NCBI RefSeq assembly: GCF_964188315.1
Contig: NC_135655.1
Location: 74,338,001-74,402,000 of the forward strand
Length of the DNA: 64,000 bases
Direction of reading: 5' to 3'
DNA from: Podarcis muralis
Taxonomy: Eukaryota
Both the position numbers and the translations under genes were made by a program. The notes beneath the pieces were generated by a model, which did not search any database, was not told the origin of the DNA, and saw only the letters and a program-made list of their open reading frames with translations. Below, piece after piece: positions 60,721-64,000 of the stretch (position 1 is its first letter; each line of letters opens with the position of its first letter).

Positions 60721-62397
60721 GGGGAGTGTTGAGGGTTCATTTAAAAGGAAGGTTGGGGTAGCCCCAAAGGAGGGTTAATGTGTGCTCCAGGGAGCTTGGC
60801 TCCGTGTGTACATCTGCCCAAATATGCTGGTAGGCCTCTCCCCTCCAAGCATGTTTTATCTTTTAAGAAAATATCACCAAATTCACTTCCTTATAAGGGG
60901 TTAGGGTTGTAGGCTGATGTAGCAAAGAATGCAGGCTGTTGCTGTTGGGGTATAATTTCTGCCACCCCCTTGGTACCCAATTTTGTGATACTCCTGGCTC
61001 TCATTGTGCCAACTCCATCTAAAATGTAATGGAGGGGGACCATCAAGATTTGAGGATAGGTAGAGGGAGGATTTTAGAGATCAAGCTGCTGTGCAAACCA
61101 AGATTTAGTTGTTGTGTGGCAGGAAGTTAGTTATTGGAAGAAGTAACACCCTCAGGAGGTATTATGCTCTGTAGGCAAGTTGTCTTTGACAAGACGATTC
61201 TGTGCAGGTTTACTGAGAGAGACCCAGTTAGTTTAGTGAGGGTTACTTCCATGTTAGTGTACCTAGGGTTGCAACTTGAGCATGAGAAGTAGTCCTGAGT
61301 GGCCTGTGAATCTTCTCCTTTCTCAGATACTTATTAACAGGACTTATTTATTTCATACAGTCTATATACTGCTTGACTATAAAAATAGCAACCTCAGAGT
61401 GGTTTACAAAAAGAATAAAGCAATAGAATTAAGAACAATAGATGTTACCCAAAAAACCAAATAACCCAGCCTTAATCTAGTGAATGTGAAAGCGCTGCTT
61501 AGTTTATACATACTTTCAGAAAAACTGCAAGCACCAAGTGCTTGAGGTAAGGAGCCTTGAACACTGAGACAGTGCCCCACTGATGGATCACATATGAAAC
61601 AGAGCTCCAAGAGTAGATTTTTATAGGCACAGGCATTGTAAAACTCTGCTCACTTGGTTTCTCACACCCACCCCACCCCTGCTTTCACACACACATGAGA
61701 CAACACCTGTTTGAAGAGATGGCACTCGGATAAAGACTAACGCCATCACATGTTCATAGTAAGCAAACAAGTTTGATGGCTGATGTTCTGACATGTAGAA
61801 AGTGCCTCCTACGTGGTTGGCAGTGCTTTAAAACTTGGGTCTAGCTTGACCAAAGTTATAGCTTTCCCAGTCTTTGCTTTCTGTTAGTACTAAATGTTCC
61901 AATCATGTTGAAACAGCTGAAAACATGAGCAATAACCAGTTGCAGAGAAGACTCAATTATTTCAGAAAGGGTCATACCCATAGAAAGGGAGCGTTCCGAG
62001 AACGAGCCGTAATTGAAATAGGTCACTTCATCTCCTGAGATCCACAAAAGTGTTTCAGCAGTGGTGACAAGTAACTCTTGTCCGCCTGTCTCTGAATACC
62101 CAGCAGAATGAGACATGCTTACCTTCTCTGCCTCTGTTTTCCATGCATTGCAGAGAATCTGCGGTGGGAGCAGTCTCTTGCTTTATGCTGGGTTGGCCAA
62201 CCTGCTGGTCAGTTATTGTTAGTAGACCATTGTTTCAAATATTCCACGAAACCAAGAATGCCAGGTGGTAGCTTATGTTTTTGCAAGAAGTTATAATTTG
62301 TTAGTTTCTTTTGTATATAAGTGATTCCTAGCTATGAACCAGTGAAATAAAGCTAATTTGCCATTAGCAATGTATCAAATCTGTTGCTGATTAGTGT

Positions 62398-62549
62398 GTT
62401 GTTGTTGTTTAGTCGTTTAGTCGTGTCCGACTCTTCGTGACCCCATGGACCAGAGCACGCCAGGCACTCCTGTCTTCCACCGCCTCCCACAGTTTAGTCA
62501 GGCTCATGTTTGTAGCTTCGAGAACACTATCCAACCATCTCATCCTCAC
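62398..62549 (-). mobile_element. RTE-BovB short 3' insertion
   Basis: 12-bp TSD GCTGATTAGTGT (62386-62397 / 62550-62561); (CAA)n tail. Confidence 0.9.
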
Positions 62550-63887
62550 GCTGATTAGTGTATCTTTGTCCTAATCAAGTCGATACTCAGGTCAAGTGTG
62601 TTTCACACAGTTGATCAAAACTTTTTTTAAAAAAACCAGTTTCAAATGCCCATTATAAGTTCCAGGGTGGGAAAGATAACTCCACTCCACCCCTTTCCCT
62701 TGTGTATGTGTATGGAGATCTTGCTACTTCTTCCCTGGCATGGTGAGAAGCTGGCTGCTGACTCCCTCCTTCCATCTCTATACATGCTCGAAGATGGTGG
62801 CAAAAGAAGAAGCAGAAGAAAAGTTGGCCACTCAAGCCAGCCAAAAATTGTGTAGTTCTGCTTCTATGGCTACTGTCATCTGAAGGGATCATAAACTTGC
62901 AGATAGTTCCACTGACTCTTGGTAGTATCTAACACTGCGTATACCATACACACTTGACTTCAGATATATTCCATTGAACTCAAACCCCTAGGATATACCG
63001 GAAAACACCTAACCTAGATTTTCTGCAAATTCCAGTTTGGGTTGAACTGCTTTGCTGGAATTGTGCATGTCTGTTTCTTTATTAAAGTATGAGTGACTCC
63101 TAGCCGAAAAGAAACTCTTGCTCTGATGTCTGTTCAGCATCCTTTGGCTTTGGGGTGATGCTGCTGTTCCAAAGCCTTTACCCAGGCTGCTCAAGCAAAC
63201 TGTCAGACAAGAAGCATTGTGATTTATTCGAGCTGGTTCTTTTATCCTCCTCAGGATAAAAGCTTGCCAGGAGGCTGCATCTTGTTACACAAAGGCAAAC
63301 AAGCTAAAAGTTGTGAAGTGTTAGGCAGGTTGTTGTTAATGCATTTGTTATTACTAAGAGCACCAGGACATGGATGCATGACATGGAATTATAAGAGGAA
63401 GTATAGTTGCTGCTATACTCTGTTGGGGCACATACCGTATATGGCTCTTTGGGTGATAAAAGTGATCAGGCACAGGATGTGTTCAGTTGTTAATCTGCTA
63501 TCTTTTGGTACTTTCGTTTGTCAGCTTTAAAAGCTGCTTGGTATCTGCAGATGAAAGGTGCCATTTAAGAGTATTATAATCAAAAGCTAGTTGGCAAATT
63601 TCCCTGAGGATAGCCTCCCAGCATAATCTAACATATATAAAAAAAATGAAATCAAGTTTCAAAACTGGATCCAGTAGGGAGGTTCCCATAAATGCTGCCA
63701 AATTCCCTGTAGGGGTAGACTAGCAAGGATCCATGAACTTCACAGGAGCCATGTCAGTAAGCAAACCCCAATGGAGAACCTAGCTGCTTGTTCTTTTGAT
63801 ATGAAGACAAAAGAGAAAGTTGCTGCATTTGCTGCAAAGAGAGATGTATTTCTTTTGAACTTCTCTGAGATAATCTTTGGCTGTGTA

Positions 63888-64000
63888 CAGTAGTACCTCA
63901 GGTTACATATGCTTCAGGTTACATACGCTTCAGGTTACATACGCTTCAGGTTACAGACTCCACTAACCCAGAAATAGTGCTTCAGGTTAAGAACTTTGCT
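63888..64000. mobile_element. Tc1/mariner MITE cut by the window edge
   Basis: TA + CAGTAGTACCTCAGGTTAC and internal repeats. Confidence 0.8.

Noticed and set aside
59821-60761. Several 60-104-aa ORFs in the CpG island
   Set aside because: GC-rich sequence is poor in stop codons; only the 62-nt signal-peptide exon has splice and Kozak support
60357-64000. Search for CTSD exon 2
   Set aside because: No IPLxKF-type exon seen; presumably beyond the window

Overview
Vertebrate genomic DNA, most likely a lacertid lizard. This is inferred from Sauria/Squam-type SINEs together with RTE-BovB, CR1, L2, Poseidon-type Penelope elements and lizard-type MITEs. Host genes, both on the + strand: (1) five intact coding exons (874-12403) of a divergent cytosolic 5'-nucleotidase 1 (NT5C1A-like) gene, whose first exon I could not find in the window; (2) a CpG-island promoter and signal-peptide exon 1 (60295-60356) that looks like cathepsin D. 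The ~47 kb between them is repeat-rich, has no exon I can identify, and contains one 129-N gap. The most striking structure lies in an intron of the nucleotidase gene. It is a very young Penelope-like retroelement (RT + GIY-YIG) present as a head-to-head palindrome with ~1.65-kb arms and a 60-bp spacer, flanked by (TA)n. Each arm ends in a minimal hammerhead-ribozyme motif, and the ORF carries an unusual 185-aa C-terminal extension that stops inside the ribozyme loop. Also notable are a 4.7-kb TSD-bounded chimeric LINE (RTE-X-like with an internal L1 ORF2 segment) and two Gypsy 3' ends fused back to back. No CRISPR arrays, rRNA genes or true tRNA genes were seen. All comparisons were made by eye; no alignments or searches were run.
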